64,000 nt of DNA from Tubulanus polymorphus. Its lineage: Eukaryota; Animalia; Nemertea. The notes beneath the pieces were generated by a model, which worked only from the letters and a program-made list of their open reading frames with translations, did no database searches and was not told the DNA's origin. The first letter of the stretch is position 1. Each line of letters begins with the position of its first letter. Location of the stretch: positions 15,983,807-16,047,806 of the forward strand of contig NC_134031.1 of NCBI RefSeq assembly GCF_964204645.1, read 5' to 3'. The translations under genes were made by a program, and so were the position numbers. Of the stretch, positions 61,101 to 64,000 are shown piece by piece.

Positions 61101-64000
61101 GTTCATGAAACTCCGCCTATTCCTGATGTTCCTTTAAAGCAAGAGACTAGGCCATCATTGCCGGAAGAAATTGTTAATGGCAATGATGATGCTCCGTCTC
61201 CACCAGTTGGGCGGGAGGTAAAAGAAGAAATACCTCCGCCTCCTCCTCCGCTGGAGTTACCAGTCGAGAAACCACCAGAACCTGCTGAATCTCCGGAACA
61301 AGAACGCACTCGCAAAACGACTCCCGACGATCCGGAGCCAAAAAACTTGCATGACATGGTCTCAGTTAAGAATGAGGAGAACAAAGACGTTTCCTTAGCT
61401 GAGGCCAGGCCTGACGAGGGCAAAAATCATTCTTCGAACAGTTCTCCTGTCAATTCAAAAAACCTTCAACTCCCGGTGGCAAAAAACGACGAAGCGCTAC
61501 CGCCACCGAATACGGGAGGAGCGGTAGCGGCGATTACATCAAAGACCACCAGTGATTCTACAACTACAACAACAACGCCATCTGTGATATCAACTGCAAT
61601 CGGTACCGGTAATACATCCACAATTCTCGGAAAACGAAAACATGAAGATAGCAACTCGCCGAAGGATTGCACAAAACCGAAGTCGTTCAAACCCGAACAT
61701 CGACATACGAGCAGTTCGAATTCAAGTTCCAATTCAAAAACTGAGAAATCTGTTGATAAGCTCGCGCAGCAACACCAGCAGCAGTCCGATCACGACTTGA
61801 AAAAGTTGAAGAATTCCTCATCCGGTAGTGGTGGTAGTAATCATAGTCATTCGTCATCGTCCGTCGGATCAACTAGTAAAAACATGCCATCTGGGAATCA
61901 CAGTAGCAAAGACAGAAAGGAATCATCGGCTTCAAAATCATCGTCATCTTCATCATCTACCTCCAGCAGTAGTAATAAATCTAGTCATCATAAAACTCAT
62001 TCTAAGTCACCAGAGAAGAAAATAAAAACGCCTTCGACATCATCAACATCAGCGACGTCTTCCACATCTGTATCTTCTTCCAGTACAAAAGATAAGAATC
62101 GCGAAAATGAAAGGAAAGATATGTCGAAAAAAGATATCAGCAAATCATCATCATCGTCGTCGTCGTCATCATCATCGGCTACGAATTCACTTGAAAAGAA
62201 AGTTGACGATAAAGCCAAGATTGAAATGGAAAAAGAACGCAAACGGGAAGAAAATGATGTAAAGAAAGTCGACAAGAATAAACTCAAAGATAGTAGAATG
62301 GATAAGGTTAAAGTTGACAGTGGTAAATTTGTGAAAGATAAGAAGGATAGTAAATCCTCTGACGTGAAGAATGACAAAAAGCATGAAAAAGTAAAAAGTA
62401 ATCGAATTGACATGGAAAAAAAGGAAATCAAAGTTAGTAAGCCAGTTGATCCACGGTGTAAAGATGATGATTCAAAAAAGGAAAAGAAATCGGAGTCTAA
62501 AAATTCTGAAGATGCCCAACAACACGGCAAGACCAAGTCTAACGAAGGAAAGATTAAAGAAGAAGAACCAAAGAAAAGTTCGAAAGATGATGAAATTAAG
62601 AAAAGCAAACCGGATTCAAAAATTGAGAAAAAGGATAGTAAAAATAAACTAAATGAGGCTAAGGGTAAGGAAGACCATTCAAAAAAGGAAGAAAAGAAGA
62701 CAGATGTGAAGAAGCCTGTCACTTCATCTTCAAAAATCGAAAAAACGAATGATGAGCAGAAATTAAAGTTTTCAAAAACTGGAAATAAAGACAATAAACC
62801 TGACCAAAAAGAATCCGACTTGAAGAAAATTGCTGAAGAGAAGGATAAGAAAAAGAAGCAAGAAAAGGAAAAGAATGATAAGAAGGGTGATAAGAAAAAG
62901 GATTCAAAAAAGGACCGTAAGGATAAAGATCATGATGGTAAAGGTCCTGACGGATCGGGAAAGGATAAACCGAAAGATAATGATCACGACAAAGATAAAG
63001 AAAACCGAGAGAAAGATCGCGAAAAGAAAGATGATCGAAACGACGGCAGAGAACAAAAAGATAAAAGCAAGGATGAAACGAAAGATAAAGAGGCCGATAG
63101 TGGTAATAATAACAAAGAGGGTAAGAAAAAAATGAAAGATGACCGAAAAAAGAAAGAAAAAGAAAAGAAGGACGTGGTTGTAGACGACCCGACTAACGAG
63201 GACTGGCTCAAGAATATCCTTTTAGACGAACCGGAACAGTTCACGTCTATGTACGATAAAATCAAACGACGGTCGAGTAAAGAAGCTCCGAAAACAGGCA
63301 ATGATAACGATGGGCATAAGTTCAAACAGCAGAAACGTAGCGGGAAGAATAACAACAAAAAGAGTAAGATGCCGGTGCGAATAGACTCCGACGATTCGGA
63401 TTCAGAGAATTCCGATAATTCCATCGATGTCCCCAAGCGAAACAACAAAAAGAAAAAGATGGCGTTCGACTCCGATGAGTCGGATCTGGAGATATTTCGC
63501 GCGGCGCGACAAAAGAAGAAATCTACAATGAATAAATCAGCATTTCTGTCACAAGATTCCGACGAGTCGGACTTGGAAATAATACGCAATAAGAAGAAAA
63601 ACAATGTGAAAACGATCATGCACGATTCCGATGCCTCGGACCTAGAGCTTTTTCGTGCAGCTCGCAATAAGAAGAAAATTTTGCATAAAACTGCCACGAT
63701 AACCCGCGATTCCGACGATTCAGACCTCGAATTACTGAGAATGGCTCGTAAGAAGAAAAAGAACCTGCCAAAGACCCAAGCGAGTGCTAAGTTATTCATC
63801 AGTAGTACTTCAAGCAGTGACAGCGATGATGATCTCATCTTGCCGACGAAAAAGAAGCCCTTACCGCCTGTTGTTAATAAGAAGGAGAAGAAGGCTGATA
63901 ACGCGATATACAGCAGTTCTGATTCCGAATCATTCACGCCGGTTAAATCTTCGAAATTGAAAGATCATAATAACAAGTCTGGCAAGAAGTCGATTTTGGC
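33998..64000 (+). CDS. SPEN: SPEN / split ends / Msx2-interacting protein (SHARP) orthologue, 3'-partial (>2600 aa in window)
   Basis: Exons 33998-34080, 38558-38833, 48035-48268, 50158-50385, 51422-51646, 51974-52062, 53386-53534, 53815-53940, 54460-54687, 55060-55220, 55730-55891, 56599-57861, 59324->64000; GT-AG and phase-consistent. RRM1 MVRETRYLWVGNLPE, RRM2 NLPMRSSDSSLRDGLFHEYKKFGKV, RRM3 HPKATRTLFVGNLEK, RRM4 GFGKSMPTNCIWLD...IDFASRD. Later motifs SLEERIRRLDEK, SSIFDEDAKRLE, SMYDKIKRRS. The SPOC domain would lie beyond the window. Confidence 0.96.
45963..46014. repeat. 17-bp tandem repeat x3
   Basis: (CGGCATTGATGGCAATA)3. Confidence 0.9.
49135..49182. repeat. (CT)n microsatellite
   Basis: Pure dinucleotide run. 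Confidence 0.95.
52105..53013. mobile_element. 909-bp non-autonomous DNA transposon, ~31-bp TIRs, TTA TSD (PIF/Harbinger- or Zator-like)
   Basis: TTA-GGCCAAAAAAAAAAAAGATGTCTTGTTTCTCAT...ATGAGAAACAAGGCATCTTTTTTTTTGGCC-TTA; repeated subterminal cccgcat motifs. Confidence 0.85.
55540..55655 (+). mobile_element. Family D diverged copy in SPEN intron
   Basis: gatttcaaaatcagactccct...ggtgggtttgtaaggaac...ggggtcaatctcctatttcaaga. Confidence 0.6.
56471..56512 (-). ncRNA. Minimal hammerhead-ribozyme-like motif (degenerate core)
   Basis: Minus strand attt-CTAAAGAT-GACTAT-tagatt-ATAGTC-GAAACGTC-gaat. Confidence 0.45.
58230..58470 (-). mobile_element. Second, 5'-truncated copy of the same SINE
   Basis: Reverse complement contains ccacccaggagtgaatgaatacctgg and ttctccccagggagatatgattgat, colinear with 16140-16270; (CAT)n-like tail. 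Confidence 0.7.

Noticed and set aside
59343-63937. Long minus-strand ORFs (219, 295, 265, 317 aa, etc.)
   Set aside because: Antisense shadows of the low-complexity SPEN giant exon; their Phe/Leu/Ser richness mirrors Lys/Glu/Asp codons.

Overview
Eukaryotic, intron-rich, AT-rich animal DNA with CpG-rich exons. It is probably from a marine invertebrate, but the taxon cannot be determined from the window. Five protein genes were reconstructed exon by exon from GT-AG sites and frame continuity. Two are tandem 8-exon beta-lactamase/serine-hydrolase-family paralogs (minus strand, 4458-9972 and 10372-14062). The others are MRPL20 (plus, 14884-17644, head-to-head with the second paralog), a MADF + BESS-like transcription factor (minus, 22917-26382), and the 5' part of SPEN/split ends (plus, 33998 to beyond 64000; four RRMs, then a giant exon missed by the ORF track). 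Introns and intergenic DNA are crowded with short non-autonomous elements: PIF/Harbinger-like MITEs with CWG target duplications, TA-flanked Tc1/pogo-like MITEs, a tRNA-derived SINE, a TSD-flanked retroposon family and fold-back palindromes. The best leads are: (1) a candidate 2-exon secreted 111-aa protein with cystine-knot-like Cys spacing, transcribed divergently from the SPEN promoter; (2) Penelope-type minimal hammerhead-ribozyme-like motifs with covarying stems, one split by a nested MITE; (3) seven RFX X-box palindromes around the MADF/SPEN locus; (4) a four-copy DSDxSDLE...KKK peptide repeat in SPEN; (5) divergent N-termini and catalytic motifs in the two hydrolase paralogs. All calls are by eye, and no database searches were run.
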